Shown here: in pieces, positions 28,626 through 38,163 of the stretch
Layout: each line of letters begins with the position of its first letter
Numbering within the stretch: the stretch's first letter is position 1
Assembly: GCA_040756235.1 (NCBI GenBank)
Contig: JBFLZG010000086.1
Coordinates: 1-63,665, forward strand
Origin: a bacterium
GTDB taxonomy: Bacteria > Desulfobacterota > DSWW01
Length of the DNA: 63,665 nucleotides
Direction: 5' to 3'
The notes under the pieces: generated by a model
Databases searched by the model: none
The model's input: only the letters and a program-made list of their open reading frames with translations
Told to the model about the DNA's origin: nothing
Position numbers and translations under genes: made by a program

Positions 28626-31457
28626 ATGCAATCCATCCAGGTGTTGGGCGCCCGCGAGCACAACCTGAAGGCGGTCCACGTCGAGATCCCCCGCGAGCGG
28701 CTCGTGGTGATCACGGGGCCGAGCGGGTCGGGCAAGTCCTCGCTCGCCCGGGACACCCTGTACGCGGAAGGCCACCGCCGCTACGTCGAGTCCCTGTCGG
28801 CCGAGGCCCGCCAGCTCCTCCAGCAGATCCGCAAGCCCGACGTGGACCGGATCGAAGGGCTCCCGCCCGCGATCTGCATCGATCAGAGATCGTCCGGCCG
28901 GAATCCACGGTCCACGGTCGGCACGATGACCGAGCTGGCCGACCTCCTGAGGCTGTTGTTCGCCAAGGTCGGCGCCCCCACCTGCCCGAGCTGCGGCGAG
29001 CCGATACGCGCGCAGAGCCTCGAGCAGATGGCGGACCGCATCCTGGACCTGCCCGAAGGCACCCGGCTCATGCTGCTCGCGCCGCTACCCCCGGCCGAAG
29101 GGAAGGGGCCTGCTTTGAAGTCCCTGCTCGAGGGCCTGGAGCGGCAGGGGTTCCTCAGGGTCCGCGTCGACGGCGAGGTTCTGGAGCTCGGCGATCCGGG
29201 CCTGCGCCGGAGGACCCAGTTCCGCTCCGCGGACGTGGTCGTGGACAGGCTGATTCTCAAGCCCGGCATCCGCAGCCGCCTCAACGATTCCATCGAGATG
29301 GCGGCCAAGCTGTCGGACGGCGTCGTGACGGCCTGGGTCCTCTCCGACGGAGGCGCCGGCCAGGAGCGGACCTTCAGCGAAAGCGCTCGCTGCGTGAAGT
29401 GCCGCCTGCCTTTTCCGAAGATCCACCCCAAGCTCTTCTCCTTCAACAGCCCCGAGGGCGCCTGCCCTGCCTGCGGCGGCATCGGCAGACAGCGCCGGGT
29501 CGATCCGGATCGGGTCGTGCCGGATCCGGGGCTTTCGATCCGGGAGGGGGCCCTGCGGCCCTGGCAGGGGCGGTCGGACGCCCGCTGGAAGCAGACCCTG
29601 GAGAGTCTCGCTCGTCACGGCGGTTTCGACCTCTACACCCCGTTCAAGCGTCTCCCCGCCAGGGCCCGGGAGCTGGTTCTGTACGGGTCGGGAGAAGAGC
29701 CGGTCCTCTTTCGGTTCGAATCGGGCCCCCGCAAGCGCGAAGAGCTGCGGCCCTTCGAAGGGGTGATCCCCAACCTCGAGCGGCGCTACCGGGAGACGGC
29801 GTCGGAACGGGTCCGTCAGGAGATCCGGCCCTTCATGAGCGATCAGGTCTGCGCCGTCTGCAGCGGGTACCGGCTGAGACCCGAGGCCCTGCACGTGCGG
29901 ATCCGGGAGAAGCACATCGGCGAGCTCGCCTCGATGAGCATCGAGGCGCTCGAGGTCTTCCTCCGGGGCCTGGACCTGTCGGCCTTCGAGGAAAAGGTGA
30001 TCGGGCAGGCCCTGGCCGAGATCAGGGCCCGGCTCGAGCTGCTGCGCCGGCTCGGCCTCGAATACCTGAGCCTGAGCCGGGAGTCCCTGACGCTGTCGGG
30101 AGGCGAGCTCCAGCGGGTGCAGCTTGCGAGCCACATCGGCTCCGGTCTGGTCGGCGTGCTGTACATCCTGGACGAGCCGACCATGGGCCTGCACGCCCGG
30201 GACACGAACAGGCTCCTCGACCTGGTCAAGCGGCTTCGGGACAGGGGCAACACGGTGCTCGTGGTGGAGCACGACCGCCAGACCATCCTCGAGGCAGACC
30301 ACGTGATCGACATGGGTCCGGGTGCGGGCGTACGGGGCGGGAACGTCGTCTTTTCGGGCGGGCCGGAAGAGCTGAAGCGCTGCACGGCGTCTCTGACCGG
30401 GCAGTTTCTGTCCGGCGCGCGGGCGATCCCGGTCCCGGAAGCGCGCGGCCGGCCCGACCGGGGGCTCCTCGTTTTGCGCAAGGCGCGGCTGAACAACCTG
30501 AAGACGGTCACGGCCCGCTTCCCGGTCGGCCGGTTCACCTGCGTGACCGGGGTGTCCGGATCCGGCAAGAGCACGCTGGTCCTGGACACCCTCTATCCGG
30601 CCCTTGCCAGGCGGCTGTCGGGGTTGAGGTCCGGACCGGCTTCCGCCGTTGCGGCGCTGGAGGGGGCGGAGTTCTTCGACAAGGTCGTGCCGGTCGACCA
30701 GGCGCCCCTGAGCCGCTCGCCGCGATCCAATCCGGCCACCTACATGGGGATCTTCGGGCTTCTCCGGGATCTGTTCGCGCAGCTTCCCGAGGCACGGCGC
30801 AGAGGGTACGGGCCGGCCCGGTTCAGCTTCAACGTGAAGGGCGGCCGCTGCGAGGTCTGCCAGGGCGAGGGGCTGCGCAAGGTGGAAATGCATTTTCTGC
30901 CGGACGTCTACGTGACCTGCGACCTGTGCGGGGGGCGGCGCTACAACCGCGAGACGCTGGAAGTTCGATACCGGGGCCGGAGCATCGCCGAGGTCCTCGA
31001 GATGACGGTCGAGGAGGCGCGGCGCTTCTTCGAGCCGGTCCCGCAGCTCGAGCACCGGCTCGGCATCCTGGCCGAGGTCGGCCTGGAGTATCTGCAGCTC
31101 GGGCAGGCGGCCACCACCCTGTCCGGCGGGGAAGCGCAGCGGGTGAAGCTCGCCCGCGAGCTGGCGAGGGCCTCGACCGGCCGCACGCTCTACATCCTGG
31201 ACGAGCCGACGACCGGGCTCCATTTCACGGATATCGAGAAGCTCCTCGGGCTGCTCCAGAGGCTCATCGGGGCCGGCAACACGGTCGTGGTGATCGAGCA
31301 CAACCTGGACGTGATCAAGACGGCGGACTACGTCATCGACATGGGGCCCGAGGGCGGCGAGCAGGGGGGCCGGATCGTGGCCCAGGGCACGCCCGAGGAG
31401 GTGGCCGGGAACCCTGCGTCGCACACCGGCCGCTTTCTGCGGGAAGCGCTCGGGTGA
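28626..31457 (+). CDS. uvrA: excinuclease ABC subunit A
   Basis: GAREHNLK, two Walker A ([16 protein letters not shown]), two LSGGE signatures, Zn fingers, [16 protein letters not shown]. Confidence 0.97.
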   Translation: MQSIQVLGAREHNLKAVHVEIPRERLVVITGPSGSGKSSLARDTLYAEGHRRYVESLSAEARQLLQQIRKPDVDRIEGLPPAICIDQRSSGRNPRSTVGTMTELADLLRLLFAKVGAPTCPSCGEPIRAQSLEQMADRILDLPEGTRLMLLAPLPPAEGKGPALKSLLEGLERQGFLRVRVDGEVLELGDPGLRRRTQFRSADVVVDRLILKPGIRSRLNDSIEMAAKLSDGVVTAWVLSDGGAGQERTFSESARCVKCRLPFPKIHPKLFSFNSPEGACPACGGIGRQRRVDPDRVVPDPGLSIREGALRPWQGRSDARWKQTLESLARHGGFDLYTPFKRLPARARELVLYGSGEEPVLFRFESGPRKREELRPFEGVIPNLERRYRETASERVRQEIRPFMSDQVCAVCSGYRLRPEALHVRIREKHIGELASMSIEALEVFLRGLDLSAFEEKVIGQALAEIRARLELLRRLGLEYLSLSRESLTLSGGELQRVQLASHIGSGLVGVLYILDEPTMGLHARDTNRLLDLVKRLRDRGNTVLVVEHDRQTILEADHVIDMGPGAGVRGGNVVFSGGPEELKRCTASLTGQFLSGARAIPVPEARGRPDRGLLVLRKARLNNLKTVTARFPVGRFTCVTGVSGSGKSTLVLDTLYPALARRLSGLRSGPASAVAALEGAEFFDKVVPVDQAPLSRSPRSNPATYMGIFGLLRDLFAQLPEARRRGYGPARFSFNVKGGRCEVCQGEGLRKVEMHFLPDVYVTCDLCGGRRYNRETLEVRYRGRSIAEVLEMTVEEARRFFEPVPQLEHRLGILAEVGLEYLQLGQAATTLSGGEAQRVKLARELARASTGRTLYILDEPTTGLHFTDIEKLLGLLQRLIGAGNTVVVIEHNLDVIKTADYVIDMGPEGGEQGGRIVAQGTPEEVAGNPASHTGRFLREALG

Positions 31458-31636
31458 GAGGTGTCAGTTTTCGGGTTCCGGGTGCCAGCCTCTTGTGCGT
31501 CCGGCCGTTGAAAGCCTGACAACTTTCAATTGACGGGTTCGACGCGCGGCGGCCGGCATCTTCGGCTGCCAACCGCTGACGCCGCAAGCAGGGATCCACT
31601 CCTTCCACTGCAATACCCGAAATCGGTGCATCTATT

Positions 31637-31674
31637 CAGGTTGAAGCTGAAGCGACAGGTTGAAGCTGAAGCGA
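31637..31674. repeat. perfect 19-bp tandem duplication CAGGTTGAAGCTGAAGCGA x2
   Basis: Read directly at 31637-31655 and 31656-31674. Confidence 0.9.
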
Positions 31675-31709
31675 ACCGGGGGGCATGATGGACGGCCGGC
31701 AACCCACTC

Positions 31710-31898
31710 GAGAGGGTGTCGGGAAACACCGTCTTGAGAGGCTGTTGAGAAATGGCCAGAGGCAAGGCGCGCGAAATCCTGAGGAATGAGGCGTAAGTGG
31801 GGAGTCACAGTGGACCCCGGCCTTCGCCGGGGCAGGCTCCCCCAACCTCCATGCCCCATGAGCGCAACGCCGCAGATGGCCGCTTATCGACAGCCTCT
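31710..31898. mobile_element. MITE-like element, diverged composite variant
   Basis: GAGGCTGTTGAGAAATGGCC...GGCCGCTTATCGACAGCCTC ends; internal GCGCGAAATCCTGAGGAATGAGGCGTA and GAGCGCAACGCCGCAGATGG are shared with other copies. Confidence 0.75.
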
Positions 31899-31911
31899 GC
31901 AGGAGGCGCAC

Positions 31912-34617
31912 ATGCAGGATCAATCCTGGCACGCGATGGAGACCGCCCGGATTCCGCAGGAGCTCGAGGTGGATCCGCAGGTCGGTCTGAGCGAACAGGA
32001 AGCCCGGCTCCGGCTGGACCGCTACGGGCCGAACGAGCTCCAGAAGGAGGAGCCGATCTCCGCCTGGAGGCTCTTCTTCCGCCAGTTTCGGAACGTTCTG
32101 ATCCTCATCCTGCTCGTGGCGATCGCCCTCTCGATCGCGGTCGGAGAGATGGTGGACGCGGGGATCATCGCCCTCATCGTCCTGTTCAGCGCCCTGCTCG
32201 GTTTCGTCCAGGAGTACAGGGCCGAGCGGGCCCTCGAATCCTTGAAGAAGATGCTTTCCCCGAGCATCACGGTCCTCAGGGACGGCCGCGAGACGGAGGT
32301 CCTCTCCAAGAGCCTGGTGCCGGGCGACGTCCTCGTCCTGGAGGCCGGCGACCGGGTGCCTGCGGACGCGCGGCTGATCGAAGCGCATTCCATGAAATGC
32401 GACGAGGCATCCCTCACCGGCGAGTCCGTGCCGGTGAGCAAGGATCCGGCGCCGGTCCGGGCCGAGGCGCAGGTCGGCGACAGGAAGAACATGATCTTTG
32501 CCGGCACGGTCGTCGCTTACGGGAGAGGGCGGGCCGTGGTCACGGCGACCGGCATGCGTACGGAGTTCGGCGCCATCGCCCGGGAGGTCGCGGCCGTGGA
32601 GACCAAGGAGACTCCCCTGGAGAAGCGCACGGCAGAGGTGGGGAAATGGCTGGGCATTCTTGCCGTGAGCGTCTGTTTCCTGGTGGCGGGCGTGAGTCTG
32701 GCACGGGAGGCCGTGAGCGGCGAGATCGATTTCCCGTTTCTGGTGAACACGGTCATGTTCGCCGTGGCCCTGGCGGTGGCCGCGGTGCCGGAGGCGCTCG
32801 CCGCCATCGTGACCGGCGCCCTGGCCATCGGCATGCGTCAGATGGCCAGGCGGAACGCCCTGGTCCGCAGGATGCCGGCCGTGGAGACGCTGGGCGCCAC
32901 GACCGTGATCTGCTCGGACAAGACCGGCACCTTGACCAAGGGCGAGATGACGGTCCGGAAACTGTACGTCTCGGGCGCGATGGTCGAGGTGACCGGAGGC
33001 GGTTACGAGCCCAGAGGGGACTTCATCGGCCCGGATGGATCTCGGGCCGGGAAAGGCCCGCCCCTCGGGCAGCTGCTGCGGGCGGCTCTCCTGTGCAACG
33101 ACGCCGCCCTCGAGCAGCGCGACGGGAAATGGGCAATCAAGGGCGATCCCACGGAAGGGGGGCTGGTCGTGGCCGCCGCCAAGGCAGGGCTGGATCAGGC
33201 GGCGGTCAACCGGGAAAACCCGAGAACCGCCGAGATCCCCTTCAGCTCCGAGCGCAAGCGGATGACGACCATCCATCGGGCCGGAGACGGAAAGCGCATG
33301 GCTTTCATGAAGGGGGCCGCGGAAGAGGTGCTCGGCCGGTCTTCTCGCATCCTCGGGGACGGCGGGGTGCGGGTGCTCGAGGAAGCGGACCGGGCCCGTC
33401 TGCTCGAGGTGAACGAAGAGATGGCCCGATCCGCCTTGAGGGTCCTTGCGGTGGCCTGTCGCGAGGTCCCGGACGGAGGGCCGGATCCGGCCGGGGAAGA
33501 GATCGAGCGGGACATGGTCTTCCTCGGGTTTGCCGGCATGATGGATCCGCCCAGGGAAGAAGCCGTGGAGGCGGTCAAGACCTGCCGCGAGGTCAGCATC
33601 CGGGTGGTGATGATCACCGGAGATCACGAGGTCACGGCCTCGGCCATCGCCCGGGAGATCGGCATCTGCCGGGAGGGCGACCTGGTGCTCAACGGCGAGG
33701 CCCTGGAAAAAATGGCAGATGAAGAGCTGGCCCGGATCGTGGACCGGGTTTCCGTCTATGCCCGGGTGTCGCCCATGCACAAGATCAAGATCGTGCGCGC
33801 CTGGAAGAGCCGCGGAGAGGTGGTGGCCATGACCGGCGACGGGGTGAACGACGCGCCGGCCTTGAAGAACGCCGATATCGGCATTGCCATGGGCATCACC
33901 GGCACCGACGTCACCAAGGACGCATCCGACATGGTCCTGAGCGACGACAACTTCGCCACCATCGTCAAGGCCGTCGAACGGGGCCGGTGGATCTACGACA
34001 ACATCAAGAAATATCTGACCTACCTCCTGCGCTGCAATCTGACCGAGGTGATGGTGATCGGAGGGATCGTGCTCGCCCTGGGGCCCGAGTACCTCCCGCT
34101 CCTTCCGGCGGCCATCCTGTACATCAACCTGGCCACCGACGGCCTGCCCGCGCTCGCTCTCGGCATCGCGCCGCCCGAGCCGGACCTCATGCGCAGGCCT
34201 CCGCGGGACCCGGCCGAAGGGGTGTTCTCGCTGGACGTGAAGCTGTTCATCCTGATTGCCCTGCTGATCGAGGTGCCGTTCTTCCTTTACTTCTTTTTCA
34301 AGGATCTGCCGGACCTGGACCAGGCGAGGACCCGGGTCTTCTTCCTGTTCATCCTGGTGGAGCTGATCATCGCGCTCAATTTCCGCTCCATGCGCTACAG
34401 CGCCTTCCGGGTCCTGCCGCACAAGTGGCTCCTGCTGGCGATCTTCTGGGAGATCGTGCTCATTGCCGTGCTGATCCGGATCCCCTCGGTGCGGGAAGCC
34501 TTCGGCATCCTGGAGCCATCGGCCGGTGACCTCGCCGTCATCGTGGGCGTCGGGGCCGTGGTGTTCGCCTCCATGGAGGGAGTGAAGCTCTTCCTGCGCA
34601 GGCGCCTCTCCCTCTGA
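31912..34617 (+). CDS. cation-translocating P-type ATPase (P2A, Ca2+-type)
   Basis: LTGES, VPEAL, CSDKTGTLT, KGAAE, TGD, GDGVNDAPAL, NLATDGLP. ATG at 31912 follows AGGAGG. Confidence 0.93.
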   Translation: MQDQSWHAMETARIPQELEVDPQVGLSEQEARLRLDRYGPNELQKEEPISAWRLFFRQFRNVLILILLVAIALSIAVGEMVDAGIIALIVLFSALLGFVQEYRAERALESLKKMLSPSITVLRDGRETEVLSKSLVPGDVLVLEAGDRVPADARLIEAHSMKCDEASLTGESVPVSKDPAPVRAEAQVGDRKNMIFAGTVVAYGRGRAVVTATGMRTEFGAIAREVAAVETKETPLEKRTAEVGKWLGILAVSVCFLVAGVSLAREAVSGEIDFPFLVNTVMFAVALAVAAVPEALAAIVTGALAIGMRQMARRNALVRRMPAVETLGATTVICSDKTGTLTKGEMTVRKLYVSGAMVEVTGGGYEPRGDFIGPDGSRAGKGPPLGQLLRAALLCNDAALEQRDGKWAIKGDPTEGGLVVAAAKAGLDQAAVNRENPRTAEIPFSSERKRMTTIHRAGDGKRMAFMKGAAEEVLGRSSRILGDGGVRVLEEADRARLLEVNEEMARSALRVLAVACREVPDGGPDPAGEEIERDMVFLGFAGMMDPPREEAVEAVKTCREVSIRVVMITGDHEVTASAIAREIGICREGDLVLNGEALEKMADEELARIVDRVSVYARVSPMHKIKIVRAWKSRGEVVAMTGDGVNDAPALKNADIGIAMGITGTDVTKDASDMVLSDDNFATIVKAVERGRWIYDNIKKYLTYLLRCNLTEVMVIGGIVLALGPEYLPLLPAAILYINLATDGLPALALGIAPPEPDLMRRPPRDPAEGVFSLDVKLFILIALLIEVPFFLYFFFKDLPDLDQARTRVFFLFILVELIIALNFRSMRYSAFRVLPHKWLLLAIFWEIVLIAVLIRIPSVREAFGILEPSAGDLAVIVGVGAVVFASMEGVKLFLRRRLSL

Positions 34618-34871
34618 ATGGCGAAAGTCGAGCCAGGACGTTGCGCTCGTCTCTCGGCACCGGGGCGTACTCTCACGCGCGCCCGGCACGTCGTGCGCTC
34701 TGCCCCGCAGTCCCCAGGCCGGCAGCAAAGAATTTTTGCAGCTTGTAAGGGTCTCCGTCAGGAGTACGCGCTCCGGCGTGCCCATCCGCAGTCCGACCCC
34801 GCCTCGAGAAGTCCGTCCTTCCGAGCGCTTGCAAGGCAATCGAGAAAGGTATCCTGCAGCTTTGCGCACGG

Positions 34872-34887
34872 CGGCACGGCCTTTGCT
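34872..34887 (+). promoter_or_regulatory. sigma54 (-24/-12) promoter
   Basis: CGGCACGGCCTTTGCT (GG-N10-GC), ~40 nt upstream of the 34928 ATG. Confidence 0.65.
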
Positions 34888-34927
34888 CCCCTGATTCCGC
34901 GAACATAGGCAAGCCGGGGAGATCGCC

Positions 34928-35503
34928 ATGGACGGAGCCTTCACGATTCTGATCGCGGATCGCAGCCGGGCGCTTCGGGAGACTCTCAGGAGGGAGTTTC
35001 TCCGGGAGGGCTATGCGGTCCGGGCCGCCAGAGACGTCGGTGAGGTCTGGACCGTCATCCGGCATTTCCAGCCGACGGACCTGCTCATTCTCGACCTCGA
35101 AATCCCGGCTGCAGGCGGGTGGGGTCTCCTGCAGAAACTCCGCAGGGAGACCCCCTGGCTCCCGCTGGTGGTCCTCTACACTCCGATATCGGCTTATGCG
35201 GTCGGCAAGGCGCTGACCTGTGCGTCGGCGCTCCTGCTCAAGGACCTGTCGAGAATGGGCCGCCTGAAGGGGGTCGTTGCTGAGCTGTTGTCCGCCACCT
35301 ATCCTTACCGATTTCCGTCCAGGTGGGAGATCGAGCGACCCGGCCTCGCGTATGGCCGGCAGGAGAGCAAAGCGGAGCGCCAGGGCGCTGCTCCCGCCGT
35401 CCAGGCTGGCGACGACGGGAGCTCGCTCGCCCTCGACCGGGGCGAGCCCCTGCGGCAAGCGGCGGCCTTGCAGCTGCAGGCCGAAACCGTGCCTTACCAG
35501 TGA
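34928..35503 (+). CDS. atypical response-regulator receiver domain protein
   Basis: ILIAD...GY.V..A, DLLILDL, G..LL..LR...P.LP.V pattern; no recognisable output domain. Confidence 0.65.
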   Translation: MDGAFTILIADRSRALRETLRREFLREGYAVRAARDVGEVWTVIRHFQPTDLLILDLEIPAAGGWGLLQKLRRETPWLPLVVLYTPISAYAVGKALTCASALLLKDLSRMGRLKGVVAELLSATYPYRFPSRWEIERPGLAYGRQESKAERQGAAPAVQAGDDGSSLALDRGEPLRQAAALQLQAETVPYQ

Positions 35504-35621
35504 AAGCAGCCGTCAGCCCGGCTGTTCGAGTCTGCGCGGATCCTACCGGTCCGAAGGCGCTCAGCCGCTGGGGTGATCGACCACTGCCGCAGCTCCGGAA
35601 TGCCGGGTGTCCAAGAATGAG

Positions 35622-36533
35622 TCATTTTGCCTGCGGCTTCCGGCCGAGCTCAGGCTCAGGGCCGCCGGAGTGGCTCCAGTCGTAGAAGCCCTTTCCGGAC
35701 TTCATTCCGAGCTCGTCGCGCTCGATCATCTCCTTCAGGGCAGGCGGCGGGATGTCGTCGGGATCGCCGCTCTCCCGGTAGTACGCCATCTCGATGTCAT
35801 GAACCACATCGAGGCCCACCACGTCCATCATGGCGAAAGGGCCGATGTCGGTGTTGAACTTCTCCATCCAGGAACGGTCGATGTCCCGGACGTCGCCGTA
35901 GCCTCCCGCCCAGAGCTTGAGAGCGTCCTTCTTCACCGCGCGCCAGAGCCGGTTAGCGAAATACCCCATGATCGGCTTTCGCACCACGACCGGAACGCAC
36001 CCGAGGGTCTCGGCCCAGGACCGGGCGATCTCAAGGGTCTCGGGGCTCGTTTCGGCCCCGGGCATCACCTCCACCAGTCTCCTGGCGAGCAGGGGCGAAT
36101 CGAAGTGGATGTTGGCCACCCGGGTCCTTCTCCCCGGCGCCACCGCGGATTCGATCTTCGAGACCGGAATGGAGGAGCTGTTCGAGCCGATGATAGCGTC
36201 CGCTGCGGCGGCCCGGTCGATCTGCGCGAAGACTTCCCGTTTGACCTCCAGTTTCTCGGCGACCGCCTCGATCACGAGGTCCGCGCCGTCCACGGCCCGT
36301 GCGAGGCTGTCCGAGAACAGGCTGGCGCTCCTGGCCTCTGCATACCGTGCCAGCTCCTCCGGGCTTGTCGTCAGTTGAATCATGCCGGTCAGCCGGGCCC
36401 AGGCTTTCGCAGGAGCCTGGGGGTCACGGTCAAAGGTGGACACCTCACAGCCGGCCAGAACGCTCACCGTCGCGATCTGCTGCCCCATGTGACCGGCGCC
36501 TACGATGCAGACCTTGCGGATTCCCGGCACCAT
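35622..36533 (-). CDS. 3-hydroxyacyl-CoA dehydrogenase family
   Basis: IVGAGHMG, DLVIEAV.E..EVK, SNSSS, HF..P....LVE, GPF..MDVVGLD, LGMKSGKGFY. Confidence 0.92.
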   Translation of the reverse strand: MVPGIRKVCIVGAGHMGQQIATVSVLAGCEVSTFDRDPQAPAKAWARLTGMIQLTTSPEELARYAEARSASLFSDSLARAVDGADLVIEAVAEKLEVKREVFAQIDRAAAADAIIGSNSSSIPVSKIESAVAPGRRTRVANIHFDSPLLARRLVEVMPGAETSPETLEIARSWAETLGCVPVVVRKPIMGYFANRLWRAVKKDALKLWAGGYGDVRDIDRSWMEKFNTDIGPFAMMDVVGLDVVHDIEMAYYRESGDPDDIPPPALKEMIERDELGMKSGKGFYDWSHSGGPEPELGRKPQAK

Positions 36534-36567
36534 GGTTTGCACCCTTTCCCCCTTCTCAGCCTCAGAC

Positions 36568-36591
36568 GGGCGACGCATGCGTCGCCCCTAC
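36568..36591 (-). repeat. GTAG-type REP palindrome
   Basis: GTAGGGGCGACGCATGCGTCGCCC on the minus strand; identical copy at 59919-59942, variant at 47484-47506. Confidence 0.8.
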
Positions 36592-36597
36592 AAGAAT

Positions 36598-36642
36598 CTG
36601 GATCCCGGCTCACACGGGCTCCGCAGCATGGGCCGGGATGAC
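36598..36642. repeat. GTCATCCCGG...CCGGGATCCAG palindromic repeat
   Basis: Near-identical to the reverse complement of 56543-56586. Confidence 0.8.
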
Positions 36643-36666
36643 AACGCTTCTACAAACCCGCCTGCC

Positions 36667-38091
36667 TCACAGCTCGTAGCTGGCGTCGAGCCATCCATAC
36701 AGAATCTCCTGCAAGCTCGCCTGCCCTTCGACCGAGCCGGACAGGCCGTACACGGCCCCGCTCAGGGCGGCCGGCTGAGGCGGGTTCCGGGCGTACTCGA
36801 CTCCGGCCCTGAGATCCTCCACGAACCTCTCCGCCACACCGGGCTGGGTCTGCGGCAGGGTCACGCAGATGTGCTCGCCGGCGGGCAGCTGCAGGCCGTT
36901 CAAGCGCCATCCCTTGGAGGCCAGGTAGTCGTTCACGTGGTAGATGTCGACCACGTCCGACATCAGGCCGAGGCAGAAGGTCGGCTTGCCCGCAATCTTG
37001 ATCTCCGGGATTCGGGCCACCCCTGCGCGGATGGTGTCGGCGGCCTGCATGATGGCCCGCGCCGCCTTGAGGTAGCCTTCCTCCCCCAGGCAGACCATGG
37101 AGGCCCAGGTTGCCGCAGTGAGCCCTCCGGAGCGGCTGCCGGCCGCGGTCGGCGAGGCGTAGAGCCCGCCCGACCAGTCGGTCTTGGAGAAATACTGGTA
37201 CCGTCTGAGCTTCTTGTTGCGGTAGAGCAGCACCGAGGTCCCTTTCAGGGCGTACCCGTACTTGTGGGTGTCGCAGGAGATCGAGGTCACGCCGGGGAGC
37301 CGGAAGTCGAAGGGCGTGACCTCATAGCCGAGCTTCTCGATCCAGGGCAGCAGGAAGCCGCCCAGGCAGCCGTCCACGTGCAGGCCGAGGTCGTGCTGCA
37401 GGGCCAGCTCCGAGAGTCTTTCGATCGGGTCGATGAGGCCGTGCGGGTAATTGCCCGCCGTGCCGCCGAGGGCGATCGTGTTCTTCGTGATGCGGGTCGC
37501 CATGGCGCCCACGTCGGCAAGGTAGTCCTTTCCGACCGGGACCCGGATGAGGTCGATGCCGAAGTAGTGGGCCCCCTTGGAAAAGGCGGGGTGGATGGTG
37601 TCCGGCACGACCATTTCGGGTTTGGTGATTCCCTTTTCGGCCCGGCCGCGCTCGCGGTAAGCCAGCATCGCCATCAGGATGCTCTCGCTCCCGCCGGAGG
37701 TGACGCAGCCGCAAACCCCGCCGGCGGCCTCACCTGATCGGACCCGGTCGCCGCTCAGCATGTTGGCCGTCATCGAGACGATCTCGGCCTCGAGCTTGGT
37801 GCCGCTCGGCCAGAGGTCCCGCTGCAGCAGGTTGACATGGGAGAAGAGCCCGAACACGCGGTTGAGGAACCCGTAGTGCTCCTTGCCGCCGTGGTAGGTC
37901 GTGCCCGAGGACTGGCCCGTCTGCCAGCGGCGGTCCTCTTCCGTGACGATCGCCTCCAGCTCCCGGAAGAGCTCTTCCCGGTTCCGGCCCTTCGCGGGGA
38001 GCGAGGGATGGCTCTCCAGGCGCCCGCGGTAAGGATACATGGAGTCGAAGATCGATCCGGTGGATTTCTTCTCGTCTTGTGCGTTTGACAT
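36667..38091 (-). CDS. sphingosine-1-phosphate lyase-like PLP enzyme (group II decarboxylase fold)
   Basis: SGTTYHG, N.LQ.D..P...K.EAE, TSGGSESIL.AM.AYR, HPAF.K.AHYF, HVDGCLGGF, SISCDTHKYGYA.KG.S, GSRSG. Confidence 0.85.
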   Translation of the reverse strand: MSNAQDEKKSTGSIFDSMYPYRGRLESHPSLPAKGRNREELFRELEAIVTEEDRRWQTGQSSGTTYHGGKEHYGFLNRVFGLFSHVNLLQRDLWPSGTKLEAEIVSMTANMLSGDRVRSGEAAGGVCGCVTSGGSESILMAMLAYRERGRAEKGITKPEMVVPDTIHPAFSKGAHYFGIDLIRVPVGKDYLADVGAMATRITKNTIALGGTAGNYPHGLIDPIERLSELALQHDLGLHVDGCLGGFLLPWIEKLGYEVTPFDFRLPGVTSISCDTHKYGYALKGTSVLLYRNKKLRRYQYFSKTDWSGGLYASPTAAGSRSGGLTAATWASMVCLGEEGYLKAARAIMQAADTIRAGVARIPEIKIAGKPTFCLGLMSDVVDIYHVNDYLASKGWRLNGLQLPAGEHICVTLPQTQPGVAERFVEDLRAGVEYARNPPQPAALSGAVYGLSGSVEGQASLQEILYGWLDASYEL

Positions 38092-38163
38092 GCGTCGCCC
38101 TTTCAGCGGGTCTCAAAAGACGTCATGGCGCTCATCTTGTTCACGTCACCTTTGATCCTTCTC

